The translations under genes were made by a program, and so were the position numbers. DNA of 64,000 bases from Camelus ferus (taxonomy: Eukaryota), in assembly GCF_009834535.1 (NCBI RefSeq), contig NC_045697.1:75208001-75272000 (forward strand). Reading direction: 5' to 3'. The notes under the pieces are model-generated. The model made no database searches, was not told the origin of the DNA, and saw only the letters and a list, made by a program, of their open reading frames with translations. Numbering within the stretch: position 1 is the first letter of the stretch; every line of letters starts with the position of its first letter. Below are positions 39,154-51,339 of the stretch, piece by piece.

Positions 39154-40958
39154 GGGAATGGCCAAGATGATGGATTAAAATGACCCTGAGCTCACCTCCT
39201 CTCACAAGCGCACCAAAATCACAACTTCTGCAGAATACCCATCAGTGAAAAAAACTGGAACCTACCATTTCTAAAGAAAGAACCACATTTCTAAAAAATG
39301 AACCACAGAAGACAGACAGGAGCAGCAGGCTCATGATGCAATTAGATCTCATACCCTCCAGGTGGGCGACCCACAGACTGAAGAATAATTACACTGCAGA
39401 GGCCTGCCTGCAGGACTGAAAGTTCTGAGCACCATGTCAGGCTCCCCAGCCTGGGGGTCGGGCACAGGGACGACAAGCCCCCAGAGCATTTGGGTTTGAA
39501 GGCCAACAGGGTTTAATTGCCAGACCCCCACAGGACTGGGGGAAACAGGACTTCACTCTTAAAAGGCACACACAAAATCTCATGCTCACCGGGACCCAGC
39601 GCAAAAGCAGTAATTTGGTAGAAGCTGCAACCAGACCTACCTGCTGGTCTTGGAGAGTCTCCTGGACAGGCGGAGGGACGGCTGCGGCTCACCCTGGGAA
39701 CATGGACACTAGTAGCAGGTACACGGGGGAACATCCAAACGAATGAAAGATCCTGGCGACTGCAACCTTGTCTTATCAGCTCTGGAACCTGGCCCCACCC
39801 CACAGCCGCTCCAGTACTGGGAAGCCATAGGCCAACCAACTAACTGGGCGGGCACAACAGCCCTACCCAGCAGCAGAGAGGCTGCCTGAAGACTAAAGAG
39901 CCCACAGCTGCTTCTAGGCACGCCCCTAGACATGGCCTAGTCCACCTGCGGGCCAAGACCCGGCCCACCCACCAGGGCCGGCACCAGCCCCTCCCACCAG
40001 GAAACCTGCATGAGCCTCTAGATCAGCCTCACCTGCCAGGGTGCAGGCACCAGAAGCAAAAAAAGTAGGACCCTACAACAACGCACACCAGGCCCTACTC
40101 TGGGACCAGCTGGACTCTGGCCGTGCCCACTAGCAGGCCAAGACAACCTTCGGGATACCCTTGAACCCATATTCAACTGTGTCCAGAACCGCCCCTTGCC
40201 CCCACCAATAATTGAAACAAGCTCTGGGATTCCTGGGCCCTGCAGCCAGACTCCAGGAACCAGCTCTGCCTGCCGGTCATCGGCACCAATCCCAGCATCA
40301 GGCTTCACCAGCCAGTGAGTGGGCAACAGCCCCAGAGTCTTCAGGACCCTGACTCTGCCCACTGGGGCCCCTAGGACCCCACGACCAGCTGCCTCATGAC
40401 CAGACCTGGATAAACAGCAGCCAGCGGCATCTGCACAAGGCAGGGCCTGGCGACCAACCAGGCTAGGGGCCAGCCAAGCTGCCAGATCACCCTCATAGTC
40501 ACCCCAGCACCACAGAAAGACCCACACACCCCCTCTCAGGGGGAACCCCTGGAGCATATAGCTTGGGCGACAAGAGGGGGGTACTCTGCTGGGGTGTACA
40601 GGATGCCTCCTAAAGAGGGCCACTTCCCCAAAGTCGAGAAATGTAACTAACCCTACCACATACATCAAAATACAAATAGCAAGTTAGACCAAATGAGGCG
40701 GCAGAGGGATATGTTAGAGACAAAAGAACAAGATACAGCCCCAGAAGAACAACTAAGTGAGGTGGATGGAGATAGGCAGTCTACCTGAGAAAGAGTTCAG
40801 AGTAATGATCGTAAAGATGATCAAAGGACTCAAGAGGAGAACAGATGCACAGAGCTTGAAGTTAGAAGCTTTTAACAAAGAGACAGAAAATATAAAGAAC
40901 TGCCAACCAGAGATGAAGAATACAGTAACTGAAATGAAAAATAAACTAGAAGGAATCA
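39154..40958 (+). mobile_element. LINE-1 5' portion only: about 1.5 kb GC-rich 5' UTR plus start of ORF1
   Basis: Start 'caagatgatgga..gaccctgagctcacctcctctcac..caccaaaatcacaact' resembles laurasiatherian L1 5' ends; C-rich repeated 5' UTR motifs; ORF1 follows; homology stops at about 40958. Confidence 0.85.
40693..40958 (+). pseudogene. L1 ORF1p N-terminal fragment (frameshifted)
   Basis: MRRQRDMLETKEQDTAPEEQLSEV, then a 4-bp tgga duplication (40763-40770), then EIGSLPEKEFRVMIVKMIKGL..EMKNTVTEMKNKLEGI, typical of the ORF1p N-terminus and coiled coil. Confidence 0.9.
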
Positions 40959-42844
40959 GGAGATCCCTGCTGGCCATGCTTCCTCCACATCGCCCCCTAA
41001 TGGTAGCTCAGAGGCACTGTGTCAATATTAAGACATTCCCAGAATGTTATGGGTGGTGACTCAGATCCATTTCAATATCCACAGGGTAGTGCACACAGTA
41101 CAGTTATAAAATGGCAGAATTTAAAATTTCCTTCAACCCATATTTATTTACAAAATTCCCTGAAAAGATCTGACACGCACTGTATCTTGACTCTGCATAG
41201 CCGCCGTCAGTGCAGGAGTTTCTCTTTCTGGAGATGTGTTGTGGAAGCAGAAGGCACACTCTGGTTCCTCTTCATATTGTCTAAACATTCTGCTTTCTAC
41301 TAAAGATTCCCAATGAGGGAAATAACTCTGAGTCTTACGTTAATTGTTGGAGGCCTTGCTTTGAGAGTGCTAATCATTTAGTTTTAATGGGAGACATTAC
41401 TGTAAAATGAAAGAAGTTAAAAATAAAATAGAGTTGCTTCCTTTTAAATTCCTGGTGTTGTCATTCAGTCCATAAGCAATTTCAGGCCAAGTGTAAATAG
41501 ACTCTCTTAATATTCTTTTAAAAGTTGCAAATTTCAGTGTAGACTGCAGTTTTAGTGTGGGATAGCAGTTTACCACAGAATATTATTCGTCCGTAAGCTA
41601 GTAGTTCAGGGAAGCATTCTAGATTTTCTGTTTGCACATAACTGGAAAGATTTATTCACACACACACCACACACACCATCATTGAACCCATGTCAGAAGA
41701 GTTTACAGTTTCTCTAATTTGAAGCAGCTGGTGCATTCTAAATATGGTGAGCTCAGGCTTCTAGAATCATCAGTACCATCATTAAGAATCAGAATCCTTG
41801 ATTTAAGTTTTCTTTATTATTCTCTTTGTAGGGGGATTTATCTCATATAGCTGTTAGCTCATCCCCTATTGTTCCCAGACTGTCATGCATAAATGTCAAC
41901 AAGAGTTTATTTCATGCATACTCTAAAATTAAATCCTTTATCCCACAATTAGCCATAATCATGACAACATACGACTATGATTTACCATAACTAAAATAGA
42001 CGGCATGGGATTTATTGTTGGCTTATGTTTGAAATAGCAAAGGCAGATTTTTAAATTAAATAATTGCATGCTAACTATTTGGGACACAATTACAACTTTT
42101 GTTTTCCGAAGTATCTCCATCTAGTTAGATAGCAAATTGTTAAAATGTCCCTTTTAGTAAAATCTAAGAGACTGCTGTGTGTGTTTAAAATGCACTCTTT
42201 GAGAACATAATCACTCTTAGTAGAGAAGAATAAACTGAATTATGAACTCTTTCCTAATGATAGTTTTTTAAAATTATCTTCATTGACAATCTATATGTAT
42301 TGTTAACTGTGTGTACTGATGTCAGTGATCTCATTTAAATGGCATGATGACTTTATATAAGTCATGAGAATGTAAAATACTTCATTTCTTTTGTTTGCCC
42401 AATACCCATATCCCCTTCCTTGGTTAATGCCACCCTGACGTTTTATTTAAGAACTCAGCCTCCCTCACTTACTGCAGCTTGTCAGTCAGGACCCCTTACT
42501 TTCTCCTGCCCTCCCTGCATCAAGGAAAGGAAAGCAGGACCCCATCTAGTCCACTCAGACTCTTCCTGGGAATTTGCATCTTGAGTAGAAAGGCCAAAGG
42601 ATGAAATTTGATTAGAGGTCTTTCATTTAGGCTGCGGTGCCCTAATAACATCCCAAAGGTCTTGTTTGCTAGACCCTGGAGCTCCGTAGGTTCATACTCC
42701 TCTGAGGCCCAGTTCTTCCTTTCACTTGATCCTCTCAGCTCTCTCATATCCTCACAACAAATTTCTTTTTGTAAAAAAATTTCATATAGGTCGCTTAAGA
42801 ATTGATTTCTTCTGCTTACACCTGAAGAAGCCTAACCGCTCTGT

Positions 42845-42965
42845 GGTTCCCTCCCCTTGCAGAGGAGGGAACTGAGGTGAAGGAACTAGTCCACAGTCAC
42901 GGCATCTAGACAACACAGCTGAGCTCAGGGCTGCCTGACTCCAAGCTCTGCTTTTCATCCCCAAG
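42845..42965 (-). mobile_element. MIR SINE
   Basis: 'cagaggagggaactgagg..gtcacggcatct..gctgcctgactccaagctctgctttt'. Confidence 0.65.
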
Positions 42966-43984
42966 TAACATTGCCTCTGTTTTCAGTTTCAGAAGAGTTG
43001 AGATGAGAGGATATCTAGGTGGTCACCCAGTCATATTAGATCAGACCAAAAATATAAAATGGATCAAGGAGGAAGCATCCCTTTCTTCACTACAGGTAGT
43101 CAGATAGTCACTGTTTATTATGCACCGAAAGGATTCCTTGCACTAAACAAGGAGTGCAAAACCATGACCAATTTTGCAGTGATCTTGGAGGTTCCTGTAA
43201 TTCCCTTTTTAGTGGTTAATGTCCCGCAGCTGTGCACAATTCCAGAATTACCATGGGCTCAAGTACAGTCCCTACCTGCATTTAAAAACACATTTTTATT
43301 TCACACCCATTTAGCAAGGGAGGATACGTGAAGTCCAAAGCAACAAGTGCTAACATGTGTGTAAACAGCACTTTAAAACTCCCATAAAGAGTTACGTTGT
43401 AAGTCAGAGTCAAATGCAGGAGGATCAAATTATGCATAGATTGAAAGTAAGAATGGGAGGCAGCACTACAGTGTCTCCAACCCCAAGGACCTGAGTTCCT
43501 TTTGTGATTTGGGTACAGCTGACATCTGAGCCCCTGTTTACATCCTTCCCCAGTTGTTACACAGAAGCACAACTGTCTCGTGGTCCCCATGCAGTGACTA
43601 AGGGTAGGGTGAGACCGCGGCTGGGCGTGAGGCTGGGCTCAGCAGAATGCAGCCTGCCTGCCCAGACTAGCCTGATTTATTCCACCAAACCTCTGTCTCT
43701 CCCTTCTTGCAAGTGACCCAACAAGCCTCCCAAGAAGCAACTTTTCATGGAAGTTTTGTGAGCTCTGGTCTTTTCTAGGTCTGCTTGAAAGCAGTGACCC
43801 TGGGGGCCGTGGAAGGGGAATGTGGTCTGAGAGATTGGGTGGGCGGGAAAAGCAAGCAGTGCTCCAGACCACCTACATTGCAACGAAAGTTTTAAAATCG
43901 ATATCTAGTAAAATCAACAAACTTCTCCCCTAAATTTTGTTTAAAATGCCTTAGAGTAAGGAATATTTATTGTTTGGTGTGCTA

Positions 43985-44146
43985 GAATGAGCCTGAGCTA
44001 TAAAGTCAAGCAAGTCTGGGCTTAATTTTGTCCTCTCTGCTTACCAGCTGTGTGACCTTGAGCAAGCAACCTCTCTGTGCCTCAGTTTCCTGGTCTGTAA
44101 AATGAAGGCCTCTCAAAACAGCCTGCCTCTCAGGATTATTGGGAGA
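43985..44146 (+). mobile_element. MIR SINE
   Basis: 'cttaccagctgtgtgaccttgagcaag..aacctctctgtgcctcagtttcctggtctgtaaaatga'. Confidence 0.9.
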
Positions 44147-44464
44147 CAACTCTAGGTCTGTGGTTACTCACAGGGCCATGGAAGAAGTCGAATGTGGTCT
44201 GAGAGACTGGATAGATTGGACAAGCTATCAAAAAATTGTCTGGCTTACGATAACTACTTAATATTAATCCTTCCTTCCACACAGGCCCAAATTTGCCACA
44301 GAACTTCCATTTTTGATCATTGTCCCACTAGAGCATACTGTAAAAATTGTTTGGGAAACATCATTAGAATCTAAGTGTCACCCTGCTAATACTGCCCTCT
44401 TTCTTTTCTCTTTAAAAACAGAGTAGTAATTTAGCTCACAGATTTTTTTTTTTTTTGGTTGTGG

Positions 44465-45470
44465 TGGAATCAGTTAGGGTCCCACCAGTGAGGAACTGAT
44501 GGCATATTTAAGCGGTGAATTTAAAGAGTATAAAGGGTCTATTTACAGCAGTGCGGGCAAGATTTACAACAGGAATGTCCATTAGTGGGAGCCGCATAGT
44601 AATTTAGAATTTTCTAATAACCACATTAAAAAAGTGAAAAGAAACAGGTAAAATTAATCTTAATAATATGCTTAGTTTAACCCAACCTATCCAAAATATT
44701 AATATGTAATAAATATAAAAAAGTTATTAGTAAGATATTTTTCCTTTTTTTCATATTAAGTCATTGAAATCTGGTGTATATTTTACATTTACAGCCCATC
44801 TCAGTTTAAATAATAAATTCTCAAGTGAAATGTGGTCCTACCAAAATAATAAAGTGGTGTTAAATGGAAAAATGTGTTATACTATTTCTGGCTTTTAAAT
44901 TTAAATTTAATTAATTCTAACTAAATAAAATTAAAAATTCAAATCATCAGTTTCACTATTATGATAACCACATCATCGAGTGTCAGTAGCTGCATGTGGC
45001 TAGTGGCTACCATGTTGGATGGTGCAGGTTTACAGACACAAAAGAGATGGTGCAGTAGTCTGAGGTGAGTAGGGCAGGAAAACATGATCTCTTTTAAGCC
45101 TGAAGAGGAGGCAGTGATTGCAGAAACCTGAATAGTGCTGCTCTGTGGAAATAGCCCCCTCTATATATATCTTTGGTTGAGGTACACACCTAACCTAGAT
45201 GGCCACATACATAGGGAACAAAAGGTGTAACTACCTGGAACCACACTCCTCTAGAAGCATGCTGTTACCCTGACTTTCCAGAAATGGAAGCCCTGATTTG
45301 TAACATTTGTTCATTTCCATGGTATAAATTTTGCAGTCATGGCTGATTGAAAACTAACAACATGATGTCACCGAAGGCAGAGTCAGGGGGCTGGGATCTC
45401 TTCTGATGACCAAACTCAACTGGGAACCAGAAGCAAGGGTGCCCCTGATACATTCTTGGGACACTTAAAG
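44465..45470 (-). mobile_element. Old ERVL-class LTR, fragmented (family uncertain)
   Basis: 'atcagttagggtcccaccag..aactgatggca..taaagggtctatttaca' continues after the Charlie insert as 'gatggtgcagta..gcctgaag' and 'ccaaactcaactgggaaccagaagcaaggg'. Confidence 0.5.
44570..45027. mobile_element. Charlie1b/MER33-like hAT element
   Basis: 'ccacattaaaaaagtgaaaagaaacagg','aagtcattgaaatctggtgtatattttaca'; end 'catgtggctagtggctaccatgttggatggtgcag'. 8-bp TSD atttacaa (44562-69) / gtttacag (45028-35), 6/8 identical. Confidence 0.9.
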
Positions 45471-46029
45471 GTTGGGAAAGGATCAGAAAGGGTAACTGGG
45501 AAACATACTCAGTGCTCAAAATAAAGACCTGCCTATCTTTTCCTCTTTTCCTTCTGCACATATAGAAGAAAATGAGGACAGTAAGGAAGCTGAGATCTAT
45601 AGCACCATCTTTGAAGGTAAGATGTTAAATAAAATAGGCATCAGATTATTTCTTTTTCAGATTAAAAAGTTTCGTTTTCTGTGAGTATAGAATTTATGCA
45701 GAGGAAGAATGCCCTTCCAGTACCAATCTATGGTGGACACCACTTGGGGAAAACTGTTAAGACATAACCTCACAAATTCTGAGCACATTTCTTTTTTTTT
45801 TGCAATGGGTTAGGAAAAATTTTTGTGAAAGTAATTTTACAGACAATTATTAAAAGGTTACTTTTTTGGTATGAAACAGTGTGTTTATTTATACTAATAA
45901 TATAATTTTCAGTGTATTGACAAAAATGATGTGCTGCATAGATAAACTATGGCTCCCCATTTTAGGAATCACCCAGGCTTGTACACCTGTATTCTACTGC
46001 TGTCTTCACCCTTTTACCCCAGTAATCCT

Positions 46030-46560
46030 TCCAATCCTTTCTTCTGGTTCCATTCCATTGCAGCAGGAATCCAAGTCTTCACACACTGCACTCCAGGGCT
46101 CTGCCCAAACCACCCAGCCTATCATCCCCACCTGATTCTTCCTAAGACGCCACTTTTTATGTCATCCCACTGCTCAAGAACCTTCAGGGCTCTTTTGCCT
46201 ACAGAAACAAGTCCAAATTCTTGGCCTGGCCTTCAAAGAACTCCATAACTTGAATTTAATCTGCATTTCTAAAGTTTCATCTGAGGACGTGCATGTCGCC
46301 AGATCAAGCTCTTACAACCTTCAGAACACAGGCCTAATTTGCCACAGAATTTTCTTGCATACTGACTCCTTATTTTCTCCAGTGCTCCAACACACACACA
46401 CACAGACACACACACACAGATGCATGTACACACAGGTACACATCAGAATACTACTTTTCTTCATCTGTAAATTTCCAAATCCCACCCAGCAGTGAGGCTC
46501 CTTGTTGGTTTCAAGCTTTTTGAAACCTTCATAATCGTTCAGCCTCCATCCTCAGCTCCA
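46030..46560 (+). mobile_element. L2 fragment with an internal (CA)n tract
   Basis: 'atgtcatcccactgctcaagaaccttcagggctc..aagtccaaattcttggcctggccttcaaag'; CA repeat at about 46390-46420. Confidence 0.75.
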
Positions 46561-47195
46561 AACCCGGAACTCCAGTACAGTTCATTCCCTCACTCATTCT
46601 GCCACTCGGATCCTCTAACTTGAGTTGTTTCCATGACCCATCTTGCATCGCTCTCTTTTAGTCTCCATCCTAACATTAAACTCTAAACATGATCCCATGA
46701 AGCCAGAAAGGCGACCAGATTTTGAATCCAAATCACGGGCTAAACTTTCCTCAGAGTCCTGAGATGAGCAGCAGGCTGTGAAATGCCAACAGCTTTCACA
46801 AACAACTGTAACAAGATTAGCTCTGCTTGCACAAATCTATCCTATTATCGTCAGTGACAAAGAGGGGGCTGGTGTGCCCTAAGCCCTGGAATCACTGGGT
46901 TACTTGATGAAAGATTTGATTAAGAAATAGCAGAAATGCTAAAGGTTTGGGTTAAGTGCCAACCTGTAGTTAAGTGTCACACTTTCCCCCTACGTCTTTC
47001 TGCATTGGCAAACAACTTTCTGATTGGCACGGGGAATGCAGCTTGGTTCACCTGAGCCCAGTGTCTCTGGTGTGGTCTCTAGAATTGCTGCAGTAACATC
47101 CCTCCCCACCTGCTGCCCCTTCTCCACCTCTCAGCCATTAAAGATTTGCCCCGAGGGTTTGCTTTTGAATTCAGGCTATTACTGAAGATCTGGAA

Positions 47196-47354
47196 CAGCG
47201 ATCCTCAACCTGTGCTCCAAGATATGCTAATGGATGTCAGTGCAGATGGAAGTGTATATTAAAGTAAATTTGGGATATGCTGGCTAGAACAAAGGTAAAT
47301 TTCTTTACTGCAGGAATTCTCAGAGCCTTTACTAGGCTAATGTGAATTGTGAAT
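47196..47354. mobile_element. MER103C-like hAT-Charlie fragment
   Basis: 'aatttgggatatgctgg..tttctttactgcaggaattctcagagcctttactaggctaatgtgaattgtgaat'. Confidence 0.75.
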
Positions 47355-47434
47355 TAGTAGTAGGTAGCACTGACACATATTTGAATAGAAAAATCTCCTC
47401 CCCACCTCCGCCTAAACTCTGGCCTCAGAACATG

Positions 47435-47535
47435 AGACCGTATCTCATAGGGTTGCTGCGAACATGGAGCTGAGTTATTGCGTGGAAAGCACTTAGAACA
47501 GTGCCTGGCAGAAGATGAAAGCTCTTTGCATGTAT
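47435..47535 (+). mobile_element. MIR 3' half
   Basis: 'tatctcatagggttgctgcga..aaagcacttagaacagtgcctggca'. Confidence 0.8.
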
Positions 47536-47623
47536 TGCTCTCCTTGTCGTAACATAAATGCGTAAATGAGACCTCACCAGGTGTTCCTGTGTCCTCGGAG
47601 AAAGAGCGAGTTGTGTGTGAATT

Positions 47624-47637
47624 GGGGGGGGGGGGGG
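47624..47637. repeat. G14 homopolymer
   Basis: Read directly. Confidence 0.9.
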
Positions 47638-47789
47638 TCTTCACTGAAAGAAGGATCTTCACTATGAAGATCCCCGGATACTGCCCAGAACCAGTATGGC
47701 GCTCTCTTTGAGTCAGAAAACAGTTTAAATGCAGAAAAGTTTATTCTTTTCCATTTTTCCTAAAGCCTGGCTAACCAGGGTTCAATCAA

Positions 47790-48000
47790 ATAACGTGGAG
47801 GAATGGTTCAGAGCATAGCCTTCAGAGTCTGGCTTAAATCTTGACTTTTTCACTGGTGCCCATATGCCCATGGGCAAATTGGTTAAAGGAACTATGCCCA
47901 AAATTTGTAAAATTTTTAAAATAATATTGATCTCTCTGGGTTGTTGTCAGTAACTCAAGAGAGCAGTTTATGAAGTACTGGTAAAATGATCAATGAATTG
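47790..48000 (+). mobile_element. MIR SINE (diverged)
   Basis: 'tggttcagagcatagccttcagagtc..atgggcaaatt..gggttgttg'. Confidence 0.55.
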
Positions 48001-49149
48001 GAAGTTCCTAGTAGCTCAGTAATAGACTCACTTCTCTAGTTTATTTGAACTGTGGAAGACTAGCTAGCTTTGCCCATGCAGTCATTGCCACAGTATCTGT
48101 AAGGATCAATTTGCCTCACACTAATATTTAGTAAATATATTGGCCCTCGTGTTGCTGTCTGATTGGATTGTTGAATTAGGCCCATGAGGGTAACTCCACG
48201 CTGTTAGGACTTGAGGGGGGGATGCCATGCAAGCTGTCAGTGACCACTGCTCTGAGCAGACAAAACAGGCTAATTAGATTTCCCAAGATCCAAAAGCAAT
48301 CTCTGAAGCAACTCTGGTACTCCTTAATTTTTTAAAACCGATAAACAATTTCTAATATTATAAAGACATTTAGTTCCTAGGTAAAATAAAAAGTAATCAC
48401 AAGTTCATTGCTTTGAATAGGAAAGTTGTGAATAATATGGAAGTTATTCAGCATCCAGTGGTGGGAAGCTATGGAAAGAATCATTTTAATTTTGGATATT
48501 TCACGCAACCCTGCTAACGTTATCTATCCTGTCTGGGCAGGGAGAAAACTGGCAAGCATTGTGAGATGGGGAACTTCTGTGAGTTAATGGACATGTTGCA
48601 GCTGACCAACAAAGAAACTTCTTCAGCCAAAATCAAAACAAAGATATTAACTTGGAAGGGGGAAAAAAGCCTGCAGCATCACGGTATCATGCATTGAAAC
48701 CTTATCTAGTGGTTGAAGTAACTGGGTTTGAAGAACTCAAAGAGCATGTTGTGGTTTATGGAAGTAGCCGGCAGACACTGTATTTAGCAGCCTCTCCACT
48801 ACTAAGTTCACATACCATCCTCTCCTCTCACCAACTGGTGCCATTTAGCCTTCTTTATCTCTGGATTGCTATCATCTGAAGAGCTCTTAAGGACAAAAGC
48901 CAAGCTTTCTGAGCTTCCAGTGAAATGCTCATGCATTGCAAGCTGTTTCCAAAGACCAGTGTGGCCCCCACACATCTGATGATTTGCTTACATTCACTTA
49001 AGATAACTTTTCAGAGTTCACTTACACGATTTCGGTCCAGGATTTAAACACATCCATCCCTCTTTCTTCCAGAAAGAAGTCTTCCAAAACAATCACACAC
49101 ACTTACTCACAAATAATCCTCATTACAAGTTCCCAGGTAAAGTTTATAA

Positions 49150-49257
49150 CACCTATAATGGAAAAGAAGCTGAAAAAGAATCTTTTTCTATAACTGAATC
49201 ATTTTGCTGTACACCCGAAACATTGCAAATCAACATTACTTCAATTTAAAAAAATTG
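49150..49257 (+). mobile_element. About 108-bp extreme 3' end of a cetartiodactyl L1 with TSD
   Basis: 'acctataatggaaaagaagctgaaaaagaa..tataactgaatcattttgctgtacacccgaaac..aaatcaac..acttcaatttaaaaaaa'. TSD aagtttataa at 49140-49149 and 49258-49267. Confidence 0.9.
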
Positions 49258-51339
49258 AAGTTTATAATAATTCTGAATTAAATAATTCAAAGAGTAGGTT
49301 ACCCTGAGTTAAACCAGCTATTGCAGAAACAAAATAATTTGAGGGTTAGAGACCAATTCTCTTTTTCTCTTTTATAATTCAGCGCCATGACTTACTTTGT
49401 GTGAAGAACAGGAGAGTCCCCAGGGAAGAATAAGGAGCCTTGCTGAGGAACTTACCAAGTTAACCCTTTCATGGCCACCACTGGCCCCATCCATCCAGCC
49501 CCAGCTGCTCCCCTTTCAAGTCCTGCTACTCCTCTGAGGACTGTCTTGCACACCTGACACCAGAGCAAGCACCGCAAGGCTCTTGTCTGACCAGCACATG
49601 GGCGCTTAACTGCTCACACAGCTGCAGGGAGACCGTAGGACTTACTCCATCATTCATTTTTCTAGTAAAATATGCTGTTATTCTACCACAGAAAGTTTCT
49701 CAAGACTGGTATATTATTTTATTAAAAATGTTGGCCTCATTTGTTATAGATAATATTTTTAATGCCATGAACAGTACTAGTTATATATAAACTGGACTAT
49801 ACCTAAAATACATTCTAAATATATACCTAAAATATTAATTTCCTATAACCCAATTTGTTTCCTTTTTTGTTTCCAGAATGTAATAATATTAAATATTATA
49901 TTAAGACATTATAGTCCTAATGTCATTTTCTAAGACAATATTTTTGAGAATTAATGAGACAGAAATTAAAATGTATAGTATTTTTGTTAATCTCTTTATT
50001 TTTATTTAGCTTATAGACAGTATTGTAAATATGTTGATTAGAGTTCTAAAATTCTTTTTCCCACTTAAACTATTTTATATAAGAATTTATGTTAAAATTA
50101 AACTTTATCTCAGAAATTTCACCCATGGCCCACTTACTGACTTTTTTTTCATTTTAGATTAGATAAAAGCCTCAATGGATATTCTATTATTTCTCATGAA
50201 AAAGATACACAGAATGAATTCATTTTGCTCTTGCTTATTCACTTTTTGCTGAAGAAATCTTTAAAAAATAAATTCACCAATATGAATTCTCATAACCTAT
50301 ATATAATGTAGGAGGGAAAACAAATCATTCTCATGTGCAGAATGAGGTCACTGAGGAACAGGATTTTATGTATTTAAGTACTGTTTCACCATGAGAAATC
50401 CAAAAGAAATTTTAATTTCCTATTTTCACTTATTCAGCCATGTGAATATTTGTCCCAAACTCTTAATTTGTGATATTGAGAGATCCTTAAAGTGGAGGAA
50501 AAGTTCTGAAGAATTAAAAACCAAATAAGTCTACTTTGGAAATCTTTCATTTGTGATGAAAATCAAATAGACAAAGTATATTTGTCATTCCAGATCTTCA
50601 TAGTCACAGACTGTCTTAAATGGTAAGTGTTTGGATACAAATCTGGCCCCACCTAGAATAATTTGTAGATCAGATTTTTAAAATATTCTGATTCAATTTA
50701 TGGAAGACACAGAATATTCAACTACAAGGAAAAAAGCGTAAACTTAGAGATTTCTTATTTCAAGTGTTCTGATCAGGATTCTATTCTATTTCTAGGAAAG
50801 GTAACTGGACACCTCTCATTGTGAGTTTATAGGATTGTAAATTTAATATGCTACCAAGAAAGGATTTTGAATGCAGTTCTGTTGAGCCCAGAGTTCTACA
50901 GTAAACTAGGAAATCACGTGGATGTTGAAGTTGACAGGTCTTAGAGGCCACAACTACCCTCACGCTCAAAGACATCAAAGAAAGGGCAACGTCTGGTGAT
51001 TAACCTCACACGTAAGATTACTGGGCCGATGGAGACAGGTTTTCATAGTCCCTTTGGTGGCCTGTTTTGCTAGCCTAAAAACCAGCGAGGCAAGGAAAAA
51101 TCGCTGCACAAGACTGGCCCTCTCCTTTCTAAGGCAGTTGTGGCAGAAATACAGCATGTGGGTCTGTTTCCTGCTTCTCCGAAAAGTGTCTGTCTGACGC
51201 CTAGTTTAGCCTTTTTCAGTAGGCCAAGATTAACGCTGAGTTAACAATAAATTACATACAATTTTAAAAAGAAATCATTGAGTTGAGATGAAGTGTAGGA
51301 GGTTTTCACCATATTAAATATAGATGAATATATTAAACA

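Noticed and set aside
39350..40660. GC-rich region as a host CpG-island promoter
   Set aside because: Explained by the L1 5' UTR; many CpGs appear decayed to TG/CA.
42395..42520. Possible LTR33-like fragment
   Set aside because: Similarity is short and from memory only; too weak to call.
45661..45680. 20-nt exon-like segment after the 45566-45616 candidate
   Set aside because: The intervening intron would be only 44 nt, too short; it also shows how easily pseudo-exons arise here.
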